Source: a virus. Taken from it: a stretch of DNA of 64,000 nucleotides. Positions 17,805 to 28,471 of the stretch are shown here, in pieces. Every line of letters starts with the position of its first letter. Positions within the stretch are counted from its first letter, which is position 1. Both the position numbers and the translations under genes were made by a program. The notes under the pieces are model-generated. The model was given only the letters and a program-made list of their open reading frames with translations, had not been told where the DNA came from and did no database searches. The stretch covers positions 1 to 64,000 of the IMG/VR virus record IMGVR_UViG_3300023174_004273; one strand, 5' to 3'.

Positions 17805-20033
17805 CTAACTTCGTATTACCAATGCTTCTGCTTGTTCTTTGGTGTACTGATTGGGCGACAAGGTGCCCGGTTCTTCGATGTTGTTGGTGTTGATTGGGGC
17901 ATCTTGTTCTAGCCCGGCCGCGGCAAGACGTTGTAAGTTTCTTCCTTCGCGCATGGCAGCAATGATACTTTGCCCGCCTAGACCTGACGCTACTGCGACT
18001 CTCTCTAACCACATGGCGGCACCACCAAACGAGGTATCTTTGCCATACTCAGGAAGTTGTTGTGCAAAACTTATGGCAGTATTGTTGCTGGGAGGTATTG
18101 CCGCCGCATCTAGATCAATGCGTTGTCTATTGAGATATTCACGACCTTGTTGCTCTTGCCAGGCATTTTCATTGTTGTAAACAGTCTGCGCTGTTGGATA
18201 GTTGTTGATGATGTCAACGTTGGCCAATGCGGTAAACGGAATGATGCCATTGATCCAAGCATCCTCATAGGCTTCTATTGCCGTAGCAAAGGGACCATAG
18301 ATACCAGCGGCCGCCCAACCTGCAGGAATAGTTACATACCAGTCGCCGGGCATCATTGGATCCTCGGTGGGCGGAAACAGTCCTTGAGCAAAAGCCTGGA
18401 TGGTTTCGTAGATGCCTTGTGTCTGTGTGAACTCAGTGAATGCACCTGCGGAGTCAAGCTCGGCCAACTTGGTAGCATTGTCCTGTAGATAAGAACCGCT
18501 GTTGTAACCCGCGGCAAACCCAATGACATCTGACAGAACCATTTGATCTAACGCACCGGTGCTCAGCTTTATGCCATAGTCATCATTGTATTGATTTTTC
18601 CAAAAATCAATGACACCTTGTGGTACATAATCTGTTTGATTTTGTATGAGCGGTAGATCATTGAGATTCTCTAACTTGGCAGTAGACACTGCGATGGCTT
18701 CTGTTGTTGAATTTTGTATGCCCTTGACCTGTAAAAAACTACGGGCCACAGCATCGTTGGCCACTGCTAGGTCATCGGGTATAATACCTTTGAGATCTTG
18801 TCCGAGATGATTGAGCTGAGGATTGACAGATCCTGAATCGTTTTCATACACAGCACGATACCCCACTGATGCTGTTCTTATTGGGGTTGTCAGTGTGGTA
18901 TAACTCTGGCCAAACAGTTTTTGAGGATTCAACAGATCCTGTCCTTGTTGCACTGTGGTTTGTGTGTTGTTGAGTATGGCCTTGACTTGGGCGACTTCGG
19001 TCGGAGACAATGTTCCAAGTTGCCCAAATATTTCTTTTTGTACTGTGGGTGGTAATGCGGCACCGGTTCTGGCCAAGGCATTGAGATCTACTCCGAGTTC
19101 TTTCAATGAAATACTTCGAGTCAGGTCGGTCAGTCCAATGGAAGATTTACTACCGGTGGCCAGTCCATAGGCCGAAGTCACCAAGTTGTATCCAAGTTCC
19201 TGTGCTGTTTTTTCGCTGACACGGATGTTGCCCAGTTTATCATACATAGGGCCCAAGGTACCATTGTTTTCCATGTTGGCCATGAGCTGACCTGGTGATC
19301 CAAGATTCTTTAGATTCTCCCAACTCACTGTATCACCCAGTTTTGAAATATCGTCGCCAAGACCTTGTACCCAAGTTGATACCCCAGTCATACCGCCAGT
19401 GATGGTATTGTCCATACTGGTAAAGGTCTTGCTTAGATAAGTTTGGGCATTGTCTGCGGCGTTGACAAAACTGTTGGCTGTGTTGACATAACTCTGGGCA
19501 GAACTAAAAATGCTACCCAACACTTTTGGATCACCGGTAATGGCACCAGCAACATACTGCGCAGGACCACCAAGACTGGTGCTGGCCCAGTTTACACCCA
19601 TGTTTATAGCAGTACGGTAAGCATTTTCAGTGACTGTTTGCAGGAACTGTGCTGTCTTGGGACCGTAAGTTCCCACGGTGCTTAAAAATACTTCATTGCC
19701 AGCGGCAGCTGGTGCAGTGGCGATGGTATTCCAGGCATCTCTCATGGGTTGAGTAAACTCTAGAACAGCATTTTTCATTTCGCCCAGGGTGGTGGAAAGT
19801 TGAGAAAACCAACCTTGGCTTGATGTGGCCAATAGCCCTTGTTGAGTGGCTTGGGCCGTGCTCATGATTTGAGTAGTGCCATCAGGAAAGGCCACAAAGA
19901 CTTCATTCAGTGACCCAAGTGCCTCTGCACCTCCAATGGGTGCGGCACCAAATACTTCTGACAGACCGCCATTGGCAATAAAAGACCCTGCCGCGGTCAT
20001 TACAATCGAAGTTAGAGCACCACTGCAACTCAC
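17805..20033 (-). CDS. Probable virion (baseplate/tail) protein
   Basis: 742-aa G/T/N/Q-rich ORF directly downstream of PAAR gene. Confidence 0.5.
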   Translation of the reverse strand: MSCSGALTSIVMTAAGSFIANGGLSEVFGAAPIGGAEALGSLNEVFVAFPDGTTQIMSTAQATQQGLLATSSQGWFSQLSTTLGEMKNAVLEFTQPMRDAWNTIATAPAAAGNEVFLSTVGTYGPKTAQFLQTVTENAYRTAINMGVNWASTSLGGPAQYVAGAITGDPKVLGSIFSSAQSYVNTANSFVNAADNAQTYLSKTFTSMDNTITGGMTGVSTWVQGLGDDISKLGDTVSWENLKNLGSPGQLMANMENNGTLGPMYDKLGNIRVSEKTAQELGYNLVTSAYGLATGSKSSIGLTDLTRSISLKELGVDLNALARTGAALPPTVQKEIFGQLGTLSPTEVAQVKAILNNTQTTVQQGQDLLNPQKLFGQSYTTLTTPIRTASVGYRAVYENDSGSVNPQLNHLGQDLKGIIPDDLAVANDAVARSFLQVKGIQNSTTEAIAVSTAKLENLNDLPLIQNQTDYVPQGVIDFWKNQYNDDYGIKLSTGALDQMVLSDVIGFAAGYNSGSYLQDNATKLAELDSAGAFTEFTQTQGIYETIQAFAQGLFPPTEDPMMPGDWYVTIPAGWAAAGIYGPFATAIEAYEDAWINGIIPFTALANVDIINNYPTAQTVYNNENAWQEQQGREYLNRQRIDLDAAAIPPSNNTAISFAQQLPEYGKDTSFGGAAMWLERVAVASGLGGQSIIAAMREGRNLQRLAAAGLEQDAPINTNNIEEPGTLSPNQYTKEQAEALVIRS

Positions 20034-20035
20034 AG

Positions 20036-20320
20036 TTAGCTTCCTACTATGACATCGAGGCTACCAAATGCTCGGGGATGGAAACAGGTATCTGGTGATC
20101 CTACATACACTATGGGCTTGCCTTCGGCGGTAACTGACAGACTGCCCAAGGTAGTGGCAGCAATACAATGTATTTTACCTTTTGGACAAGGTGGATGAGG
20201 TGTGACGATAGTTCCTGTGGTGCAGGCTGGTCGTCCGTTGATCAACACACTCATAGCTCCGGGAAATATAGCAAGACCCCCTGCTATGTTAGGATCTCCA
20301 ATTCTCACTGCTGGTGGCAT
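20036..20320 (-). CDS. PAAR-domain tail spike tip protein
   Basis: PAVRIGD, VLINGRPA, Cys/His metal ligands. Confidence 0.85.
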   Translation of the reverse strand: MPPAVRIGDPNIAGGLAIFPGAMSVLINGRPACTTGTIVTPHPPCPKGKIHCIAATTLGSLSVTAEGKPIVYVGSPDTCFHPRAFGSLDVIVGS

Positions 20321-20323
20321 ATT

Positions 20324-20629
20324 TTATCCTGTTATGATTTGCTTGGCTGGCTGAGTAAGGATGCCTGTTGTGGCTTCGATGTATTTGGCTCGTACATCTT
20401 CTCGAGTTTCAGCGGCCATAGCAATACTAGCAGTATTTATATGCACATTTTTGTCAGGGTTTGAGCTAAACAAACTGGGCATCATTTGCAAGCCCTGGGG
20501 ACCCAACACCATGCTGATGGGCTGGGCGACTTCTACAGAGTCAGCTGTTTTATGGAAAATCTTAGCGGTTATTTCTTCTCCGCTGACCAGTTTGAAAGTG
20601 TATATTTCGTTGAGTTGTAAATGGTTCAT
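20324..20629 (-). CDS. Sm-like phage hypothetical protein
   Basis: FKLVSGEEI.AK...Y...TTGI pattern of T4-like phage hypotheticals. Confidence 0.55.
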   Translation of the reverse strand: MNHLQLNEIYTFKLVSGEEITAKIFHKTADSVEVAQPISMVLGPQGLQMMPSLFSSNPDKNVHINTASIAMAAETREDVRAKYIEATTGILTQPAKQIITG

Positions 20630-20895
20630 AGGGTTCCTAGGTTTTCAGTAAGGCCCATACGAGTGCGTATCTCGTCTGTGCTCAGCTTACTTAAACCTTG
20701 GAAACCGCCTTCTACAAATAACTTACCATTGTGATAGATCTGAGGAACCGTTCTATGCCCTGCTGCCATGATGAACTCGCGAGCTTGGGTATCCTCATCT
20801 ATTTTGATTTCTTCAAAAGCAATATCTTTGCTTTTTAACAGGGCCTTGGCTTGATCACAAAATGGACAATGCTTTTTTGAATATACTGTCAACAT
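20626..20895 (-). CDS. Glutaredoxin
   Basis: CPFC, RTVPQI, GGF; start MLTVY overlaps nrdB stop. Confidence 0.92.
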   Translation of the reverse strand: MLTVYSKKHCPFCDQAKALLKSKDIAFEEIKIDEDTQAREFIMAAGHRTVPQIYHNGKLFVEGGFQGLSKLSTDEIRTRMGLTENLGTL

Positions 20896-22019
20896 TATAA
20901 ACTCATTCCTGTAAATGTATTTGAATCGACATCCTGCTTGGTACCACCAACCACGTAGCTGGTGATTTCTGTTTCTTGAGGAGCTACCTGTACGTCTCCG
21001 CCGGCAATCCACTTCTGTGTCCATGGCAGTGGGTTTGATCCACCACGATATTTATTAGGCAGACCCAGTGCAGTCATGCGTTTGTGTGCGATCCACTCTA
21101 CATAATCACAGAGCAACTGTTTGTTGAGACCAATCATGCTTCCGTCTTTAAACAAATAATCAGCCCAGGCTTCTTCCTGTGCCACCGCTGATTCAAACAT
21201 GGCAACAACTTCGGCTTCAGTTTCTTGTTTTATCTTGACAAAGTCCTTGTCGTCCTGTGGCAAGATTTTCAACAGGCTCTGGCTAAATCCAAGATGTACG
21301 TTTTCATCTCTGGCAATGAGTTTGATGATCTTGGCATTGCCTTCCATCTTTTTAAGTTCAGCAAACGCCCAAGAGCAAGCAAACGAAACATAGAAGCGGA
21401 TGCCTTCCAACACGTTTACAGAGTTTAGGCACAACCACAGTTTCTTTTTGAGTTCATAGGCAGAAACTTCAAACTTGGTGCCATTGCATTCGTGCCGGCC
21501 TTCGCCCAGCAGTTGGTACCATTGGCTGTAACGGATCAAGTCATCGTAGTATTTGGAGATGTCGTTGCCACACTGGATGATGTCATCTACTTCCAACATC
21601 TCATCAAACACACGACCGGGATCAGAATACACATTACGAATAATGTGAGTGTATGAACGACTGTGGATGGTTTCTGAGAATGCCCAGGTCTCGATCCATG
21701 TCTCTAGTTCAGGTAGTGTGACGATGGGCAAGAATGCTAGGTTAGGTGATCGACCTTGCACTGAATCCAACAAGATTTGACGCTTGAGATTGGCAGTAAA
21801 GATATGTTGTTCAAAGGGAGTAAGGTCTTTGAAATCTTTGGCATCACGAAGCACATCTACTTCTTCGGGGCGCCAAAAGAAACCCAACTGCTTGTCTGTG
21901 AGTTTGTCAAACTGACGATACTTTAGTGTATCATATCTTTGCATACCCAAGCTACCTTGGGGATCAATAAAGGCCAGGCTGGTGGTGTGGTCACGCTTTT
22001 TTAAATTCAATACGCTCAT
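20895..22019 (-). CDS. nrdB: Ribonucleotide reductase class Ia beta subunit
   Basis: FFWRPEE, LDSVQ, ETIHSRSY, EGIRFYVSF, RDENVH, QVAPQETE. Confidence 0.96.
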   Translation of the reverse strand: MSVLNLKKRDHTTSLAFIDPQGSLGMQRYDTLKYRQFDKLTDKQLGFFWRPEEVDVLRDAKDFKDLTPFEQHIFTANLKRQILLDSVQGRSPNLAFLPIVTLPELETWIETWAFSETIHSRSYTHIIRNVYSDPGRVFDEMLEVDDIIQCGNDISKYYDDLIRYSQWYQLLGEGRHECNGTKFEVSAYELKKKLWLCLNSVNVLEGIRFYVSFACSWAFAELKKMEGNAKIIKLIARDENVHLGFSQSLLKILPQDDKDFVKIKQETEAEVVAMFESAVAQEEAWADYLFKDGSMIGLNKQLLCDYVEWIAHKRMTALGLPNKYRGGSNPLPWTQKWIAGGDVQVAPQETEITSYVVGGTKQDVDSNTFTGMSL

Positions 22020-22030
22020 TGTTTTCTCTT

Positions 22031-24346
22031 TTATATTTTGCAACTGTCGCAGTCAGCATCGTCTGCGATTATGGTAGTATCTATCGACTCAATAATTATT
22101 TCTTTGGTGTTCATGCGGTCGACATCGATTTCACCAGACCCATCATAGGTATTAAAGTAATAAAGCTGTTTACCACCGTACTTGTAGAACATGATCATGT
22201 GCTTGAGCATCTCACTCATTGGTATTTTCTCATCTTCAAAGAACTGTGGATTATACGAGGTATTTACAGATATACCCTGGTCAATATACTTCTGGAGAAT
22301 GGCCATGATACGGAGATACCCTTCGGGACTTTTCTGATCCCATAGCAGTTCATACTTGTTCTTGAGCTTGCGATACTCGGGCACCACTTGTCGTAGAACA
22401 CCGTCTTTGCTTTGTTTGATAGTGACATAACTGCGGGGAGGTTCTACTCCGTTGGTTGAGTTTGAAATCTGTGCTGACGTTTCAGCGGGCATCAGGGCCA
22501 TCAAAGTAGAGTTGCGTATTCCAGTTTGTTTTAACTGAGCACGTAGTCCGGCCCAGTCCACACAATCTTGATGGGGTACTAGCTCATCTACTTCTTGTTT
22601 GTATGTGTCTACTGGCAGTATGCCGTCGCCGTACTTGGTTTCGTTTGACTTGGGACAAGCACCAAACTCTCGGGCTAGATCTGCTGATGCTTTGATCAGG
22701 TAATACGACCAATGTTGTGCCCAACGGTCTACCACAGGCAAGGCCTTGGCATCGCTGTAGCTTAAATCATTCTTGGCCAACCAGTAAGCAAAGTTAATAA
22801 TGCCCACGCCCAACGGTCTGCGAGCTTCGGTGGCTAACTGTGCGGCTATGATAGGATAGTTCTGATAGCTCAACAAGGCATCAAGCCCACGTACTGCTAG
22901 AGTACAGGCTTTTTCCATGTCTTCAGGATCACGGAACACACCCCAGTTGATGGCACTTAATGTGCAAAGAGCGATCTCGCCTTTGTCATCATGCACATCA
23001 TTAAGTGGCTTGGTTGGCAGAGTGATCTCACAGCAGAGGTTGCTCATTTTAACAGGGGCCAAGTCTGGCTTGAATGAGCCGTGAGTGTTGGCATGATCAA
23101 CGTTTTGTAGATAGATGCGACCAGTGTCCTTGCGTTCTTGCATGAATGCTGTAAAGAGATCAATGGCTTTGAGTTTCTTCTTACGGAGTTTGGTATTTCG
23201 TTCGGCTGTTTCATACAGTTCACGGAAACGATCTACATCAGTGAAGAATGCTTCATACATCTCAGGTACATCATGTGGGGAGAACAAGGTAATGTCGCCA
23301 CCCGACAACAATCTTTCATACATGACTTTGTTGAACTGCACACCATAGTCCATGTGTCGCACACGATTGTCTTCGGTGCCTTTGTTGTTTTTCAACACCA
23401 ACAAGTCTTCGACTTCATAGTGCCAGATTGGATAATAAAGAGTAGCGGCTCCATTGCGCACACCGCCTTGGCTACACGAGCGGGTAGCCGCTTGAAACAT
23501 TTTATAAAAGGGAATAACACCTGTGTGATAAGCATCGCCATTGCGGATGGGACTACCCAGCGCACGGATACGTCCGGCACCAATGCCAATGCCGGCTTTT
23601 TGACTCACATATTTGACAATGCTGGATGATGTAGCATTGATCGAGTCGAGACTGTCGTCAGTTTCGATCAATACACAACTTGAAAACTGTCGCATGGGTG
23701 TACGTACTCCAGCCATCACTGGTGTTGGTAAACTCACTTGGTGCTGACTGATAGCATCATAGTAATCACGCACCCACATCATGCGGCTGTCTTGAGGATA
23801 GTTCTGGAACAGCGTGGCCGCAATCAGCGCATAGGCCATCTGCGGTGTTTCAAAGATTTCTTTTGTGACGCGATTCTGCACAAGATACTTGCCACGGAAC
23901 TGCTCCATGGCCGCATAGGTCAACTGCTCATCACGGTCGTGGCGTATGAATGAGTTAATACGCTCCCACTCTTCTGTGCTGTAGGCTTCCAACAGTTCAG
24001 CATCATAGAAGCCAGCGGCCACGTTCTTCTTGACCAAGTCGAGAACATGACAAGGTTGGAACTGACCGTACACTTGTTTTCTCAAGTGATATACGACCAA
24101 TCGCCCTGCCACATATTGATAGTTAGGTGTTTCTTCTGTGATAAGATCTGCCGCAGACTTAATCAAGGTTTCCTGAATGTCTGCTGTTTTGATTCCGTTG
24201 TAAAACTGTATGTGTGATTTGATTTCTACTTGACTTGCTGAAACTCCTGTTATTCCTTCTGTGGCCCAAAATACGACCTTGTGGAGTTTTTCTAGATCCA
24301 GCGGCTCTCGACGTCCGTCTCTTTTTGTGATTTGTATCTGTGTCAT
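22031..24346 (-). CDS. nrdA: Ribonucleotide reductase class Ia alpha subunit
   Basis: ATP cone, QFSSC, SNLCCEI, LYY, C-terminal CDSC. Confidence 0.97.
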   Translation of the reverse strand: MTQIQITKRDGRREPLDLEKLHKVVFWATEGITGVSASQVEIKSHIQFYNGIKTADIQETLIKSAADLITEETPNYQYVAGRLVVYHLRKQVYGQFQPCHVLDLVKKNVAAGFYDAELLEAYSTEEWERINSFIRHDRDEQLTYAAMEQFRGKYLVQNRVTKEIFETPQMAYALIAATLFQNYPQDSRMMWVRDYYDAISQHQVSLPTPVMAGVRTPMRQFSSCVLIETDDSLDSINATSSSIVKYVSQKAGIGIGAGRIRALGSPIRNGDAYHTGVIPFYKMFQAATRSCSQGGVRNGAATLYYPIWHYEVEDLLVLKNNKGTEDNRVRHMDYGVQFNKVMYERLLSGGDITLFSPHDVPEMYEAFFTDVDRFRELYETAERNTKLRKKKLKAIDLFTAFMQERKDTGRIYLQNVDHANTHGSFKPDLAPVKMSNLCCEITLPTKPLNDVHDDKGEIALCTLSAINWGVFRDPEDMEKACTLAVRGLDALLSYQNYPIIAAQLATEARRPLGVGIINFAYWLAKNDLSYSDAKALPVVDRWAQHWSYYLIKASADLAREFGACPKSNETKYGDGILPVDTYKQEVDELVPHQDCVDWAGLRAQLKQTGIRNSTLMALMPAETSAQISNSTNGVEPPRSYVTIKQSKDGVLRQVVPEYRKLKNKYELLWDQKSPEGYLRIMAILQKYIDQGISVNTSYNPQFFEDEKIPMSEMLKHMIMFYKYGGKQLYYFNTYDGSGEIDVDRMNTKEIIIESIDTTIIADDADCDSCKI

Positions 24347-24354
24347 TCGCTACC

Positions 24355-24786
24355 TCAGTTAATTTTTTTTGCTACTGCTTGTGAATCTACGCTTCTCTTG
24401 ATGCTTACTTGTTCCGATGTGATATTTAACAACTGCCCCGGGGCCCAATTCAGGATATATTTTCCCTCGTTCACTAGAACTAAATTATCACCAGAACCAC
24501 TGTTCTCAGCTATTTGTACGGCGGTTATGTCTGGTCTTGCGATCATCTGTATAGTATACACTATGCCCAGAGCTTTTGCAAGTCCACAAAAATGATTATC
24601 GGCCAAAAGATCCCAGGGACCTGGCCAAGTATCCAAATCGTCCCAGTGCAAATAATAAGGTGTCCAAGGAGCCGTTTGCCACCAATCATTGATGGCCAAC
24701 AATGCATCTTCAAGCAGGTTGTTTTGGTTGGCTGTGCGTAGCTCGCGCCACTGAGCCAACCGTTCTTCATAACGGTCTGGCCACAC
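24355..24786 (-). CDS. Hypothetical protein
   Basis: Trp-rich ORF with upstream TAAATA motif. Confidence 0.6.
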   Translation of the reverse strand: MWPDRYEERLAQWRELRTANQNNLLEDALLAINDWWQTAPWTPYYLHWDDLDTWPGPWDLLADNHFCGLAKALGIVYTIQMIARPDITAVQIAENSGSGDNLVLVNEGKYILNWAPGQLLNITSEQVSIKRSVDSQAVAKKIN

Positions 24787-24788
24787 AG

Positions 24789-26423
24789 TTATCCTAGATA
24801 GCTGATGGAATATTTAAGTGTGCCACCACTGGCAATGCCACCCAGTGTGTACTGGATGTTGATGTTGGTACCACTTTGTACCACACTCAATACCAAATCA
24901 GTGGCATTGTTTTCAGTGTAGTCGTCTGTGTAGCTCAAGGTTCCTGCTGAATCGTCGCCGTCTTGGCAAACTACTTCCAGTGTTCCCCAACGATTGGTCA
25001 AGTTTAAATCATCTTTGAATCTGTATTGCATGGTAAATGCCTGTGCTTCTGTTGTTTTAATAGTTATGATAGTTGTTGGGGTACCTTCAAGATCTAGATA
25101 GACCTGCTCACCGGCATTTCTGGTGTATGTTCCAAACTTGTAGCGTTCGCCATTGTCGATGGCAAATACTTTTTTGTTATTGATCTTGATGCGAGGTTCG
25201 ATGGCATTAAACACTTCGTCTCGTTCAAACATATCGCCCAGCGATACGTTGTTGTCTGTTTGAAAATCAATGATGGGTGCGGTAGGAGTCTGATTGCCGC
25301 CTTGGAAGTTGGTGGCAACATCTAAAAATATATTGTAACCAGTTTGATTCAAGCCCACAGAGTTGGTCGGCGATCCAACCACGATGCCTTCTTGCGCTAC
25401 GTTATCAAACAAGTTGTGCAATACACGGAATCCCACAGGACCTGTGTCGCTGGGGTCAGTGTTTGTACCAATCAATATGCCTTGATAAAGTGTATTGAGT
25501 TTAGAGTTTTGTACTGTGATACCTTGGATGTTCTCGTCGGCATTGAATGCATAGCTCATGCCAGTGAAATGGCAGGAATCAAATGTCACGGTGTTTGTGA
25601 TATAGCTAACTGTGCTGGCAAAACGCACACAGGCGATGTCAGCTGTGGTCACCAGTCCTGGATTATTTTCGATGTAGCTTTGGCTAAAAGGTCCGTTGAA
25701 GCTGACATCTTGGAAACTGATTTGCTCGGCATCCTCGACCAAGAAGAGATCTACTTCTTCGTCGCTTTGGAAACCCATGTTGTAGATTTCAACGTTCTGA
25801 GGAGGTGATGCACCGTTGTTGCCGATGTTGACACCAGTTTGTTGTAAGCTGTCTGCGGTGCGAGCCACGTAAGGACCAAAAGTTGAGTCTGTGGCTGCAT
25901 TCAAGAATATAATGGAACTATCTCCACCTTCACCGTAGAGCTTGGCATAGGGTGGAATGTTGATAGAGTTTGTTACACGATACACGCCTGCTGGAAAAAA
26001 CAAACTACGACGTACCTGTGGATTGTTTTCTCTGCAGAACATCTGATACAAAGCGCGATTGATAGCGTCTGTGTCATCGGTGTCACCATCACCGGTGGCG
26101 CCAAAGTCTTTGACTGACGCTGTTTCATCCAGCACTGATTGTAAAGTACGTTTGACAGGGTCACCTGTGGTGGGGCCTGTTTGTACTGTGTATCCGCCGG
26201 CTTCACCTTTGTAGGTGTAGAGTCCAGCGATGGCAAATATATCAGAATATTCGGTGAGTATTTCAGTGTTGCCAATGGCAGGAGCACCTTCTTGTATGGT
26301 GCCGTTACCGATAAAGAGCCTGCGCTCGTCAATGACCCATCCAAACTCTGCACCCGCTAGTTGCGGTAAGTTTTCACTGAGTCCTTTGCGCTGGGTAATA
26401 CGTGATATCTGAACTATTGCCAT
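24789..26423 (-). CDS. Probable virion protein with pectate-lyase-like beta-helix
   Basis: LPQLAGAEFGW..D..RLFIG N-terminus; SVKDFGATGDG.TDDTDAIN, FFPAGVY, LYGEG. Confidence 0.7.
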   Translation of the reverse strand: MAIVQISRITQRKGLSENLPQLAGAEFGWVIDERRLFIGNGTIQEGAPAIGNTEILTEYSDIFAIAGLYTYKGEAGGYTVQTGPTTGDPVKRTLQSVLDETASVKDFGATGDGDTDDTDAINRALYQMFCRENNPQVRRSLFFPAGVYRVTNSINIPPYAKLYGEGGDSSIIFLNAATDSTFGPYVARTADSLQQTGVNIGNNGASPPQNVEIYNMGFQSDEEVDLFLVEDAEQISFQDVSFNGPFSQSYIENNPGLVTTADIACVRFASTVSYITNTVTFDSCHFTGMSYAFNADENIQGITVQNSKLNTLYQGILIGTNTDPSDTGPVGFRVLHNLFDNVAQEGIVVGSPTNSVGLNQTGYNIFLDVATNFQGGNQTPTAPIIDFQTDNNVSLGDMFERDEVFNAIEPRIKINNKKVFAIDNGERYKFGTYTRNAGEQVYLDLEGTPTTIITIKTTEAQAFTMQYRFKDDLNLTNRWGTLEVVCQDGDDSAGTLSYTDDYTENNATDLVLSVVQSGTNINIQYTLGGIASGGTLKYSISYLG

Positions 26424-26443
26424 TCTTGTCTCCGATCACGTAT

Positions 26444-27157
26444 TTAGCTGGTCAAGTAATAGAGCTCCAAACGCTTCCACCACTGCTGTTCCCAGTGGTC
26501 AAAATCTTGTTCTTTGAGCACAAATTCTTGGTATTGTGGTTCTGTGAGCACATTACCCTGAGAATCTAGCTCGGGTTTTACACACATCAATACCACGCCC
26601 TTGCGGATTTTAGTTCCGTAGACTTCATTGTGCGCCAAAGCATAGGCCACGAGCTGTAGTTTGTAATCTTCGATCCATTCTTCGCGTTTGGGCTTGTTGG
26701 TTTGCTTGTAATCCAATATGGCTTCATCTGTGAGATGTATGCCCGCGCCGTCTGAGGTACCTGCATAGAGTTTGGGAAAATACAAAGGTATTTCTACACC
26801 CCAGAATTCTTGTACATTTTTCAAGCCCTTGTCTATGACCGTGCCTGCCATGGCGTGGCTGGCCCAACTATAAGGGTTGGATCCACGTTCTTTGAGTTCG
26901 CCTGTTTTGACATAGTGTTCTAAGTAAGTGTGCATCCTGGTGCCGCGATTGGCGGCTTCTGTGGTAATGGCTTGCGCTTGTGCATGGCCAACACGTCGGC
27001 GCCACTCGTTAAGGGCACGTTTCTTTTCTTCGGGTTTGGTATGGTCCAGGATGGTAGTTACGCTGGGTAACTTTTTGCCATCGGGCGTGAGATATAATCG
27101 TTTACCATCTTCGCTGGTACGACTCAGCGGTTGATAATCATATTTTGGATTATACAC
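26444..27157 (-). CDS. PD-(D/E)xK exonuclease (Cas4/MGME1-like)
   Basis: PSVTTIL, RGTRMH, YAGTSD, LDYKQ, QLVAY; GTG start inferred. Confidence 0.85.
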   Translation of the reverse strand: MYNPKYDYQPLSRTSEDGKRLYLTPDGKKLPSVTTILDHTKPEEKKRALNEWRRRVGHAQAQAITTEAANRGTRMHTYLEHYVKTGELKERGSNPYSWASHAMAGTVIDKGLKNVQEFWGVEIPLYFPKLYAGTSDGAGIHLTDEAILDYKQTNKPKREEWIEDYKLQLVAYALAHNEVYGTKIRKGVVLMCVKPELDSQGNVLTEPQYQEFVLKEQDFDHWEQQWWKRLELYYLTS

Positions 27158-27479
27158 GAAAACTTTCTCCGCATCCACAGCGGTCACGTTCATTGGGGTT
27201 GATAAAGTCAAATCCTTCGTTGAGTCCGTTGCGAACCCAGTCCATGGTCATACCTTCAAGATAGGGTTTGTGTTTGGGATCTAAGTAAACACGCACACCA
27301 TTGACATCATAGTGTGCTATACAATGTTCTCGTCCTTGCTCAACATCAACATATTCTAACACATAAGCAAGCCCAGAGCAACCAGTGGTTTTTACACCAA
27401 CTTTGATGCCCAAGCCTCGTCCACGACGTGCTAGATTTTCTTTGATTTTGCAAGCGGCCAGGTCAGTGATATTGATCAT
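27150..27479 (-). CDS. iscA: Fe-S cluster assembly protein IscA
   Basis: TTGCSGLAY, F.NPN, CGCGESF. Confidence 0.93.
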   Translation of the reverse strand: MINITDLAACKIKENLARRGRGLGIKVGVKTTGCSGLAYVLEYVDVEQGREHCIAHYDVNGVRVYLDPKHKPYLEGMTMDWVRNGLNEGFDFINPNERDRCGCGESFRV

Positions 27480-28471
27480 TTTTGTTTAAAATACTCTTCA
27501 ATCAATCTGCGATAGTTGTCTCGATTGTAATCTGCAATGGCATTTATTCCGTCTAGCATTTTGTGTCTAGTATCATTGTCCAAAGATGCCAGGCGTTGCA
27601 TTTCTTCTTTGATCATATCAAAACGTTTTTCTGCGTTTGGCTCGCTGTCATAGCTCTCATTGATCCAAGGATCAAACGTCTTGAATCCCAGGCGCCTAAG
27701 TTCAACCAACTGTCCAGGTGTTCCTAACAAAATAAAAGGTTTGCCTGATATCAGACATTTTGCAGTTTTTTCCGTCCACCAACCACACTCATACACATTG
27801 GTTTCTAGCACCACTTCAATGTGATACAAAGGAAAAACATTGTGGTAGTCTGGTAAACAGTTAAAGCCATCCACTCGCCCGTTGTAGCCACCTTCCAGGG
27901 TGGCATTGATTTCCTGTCTTGAGCGTAACCAATCTAGTTCTTTAACAAACCATTTCTTGACTGATTCAAACTCATACTCGGCCCATTCTAGCTTGGGTTG
28001 GAAAGCCACAACACTGTGTTGTGCCATCTCTGTTTCTAAAAAATACGCCATCAAAAATCTATGCGGAGTGAATCTTCCAAAGAATCCACCAAACAGTCTG
28101 GCGTTGGGATTTCTCACACATTTGTCAACTTCAACATCATACATCACTGCTGTTAAACTTGTGCTGGGTCTAGTGACCACCGTGGCCCAAGGCGTTTCAA
28201 ACCTTGGCACATGATCATAGGTATCCAGTATCAATCTGTGCTGTGGCAATCTCATGGAAGTGGCCAAGTGCTCAAGCACACGGTCAAATGCTACCATCCT
28301 AAAAGGCTCTGTTTCGTGAGACATAAATCTCACTGTGCGAGTGCTGATCACATCACTGAGCTGATAGAGAGTTCTATACAGCTCTGGCAGATGATGCACA
28401 TATCCGTCATGTTTGATATAATCTGTGAGTTGTACGACCACTTCGCTGTCAGTGACGTTTATACAATCCAT
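27476..28471 (-). CDS. Hypothetical 'TEK'-family protein
   Basis: VVLET, TEKTAK, KPFI, GFKTF.PWINESYD. Confidence 0.55.
   Translation of the reverse strand: MDCINVTDSEVVVQLTDYIKHDGYVHHLPELYRTLYQLSDVISTRTVRFMSHETEPFRMVAFDRVLEHLATSMRLPQHRLILDTYDHVPRFETPWATVVTRPSTSLTAVMYDVEVDKCVRNPNARLFGGFFGRFTPHRFLMAYFLETEMAQHSVVAFQPKLEWAEYEFESVKKWFVKELDWLRSRQEINATLEGGYNGRVDGFNCLPDYHNVFPLYHIEVVLETNVYECGWWTEKTAKCLISGKPFILLGTPGQLVELRRLGFKTFDPWINESYDSEPNAEKRFDMIKEEMQRLASLDNDTRHKMLDGINAIADYNRDNYRRLIEEYFKQK

Noticed and set aside
20895-24346. Introns or inteins in nrdA/nrdB
   Set aside because: Both ORFs are continuous and of normal class Ia length.
26444-27157. Cas4 as part of a CRISPR system
   Set aside because: Stand-alone PD-(D/E)xK exonuclease without the Fe-S Cys set or an array; typical of T4-like phages.
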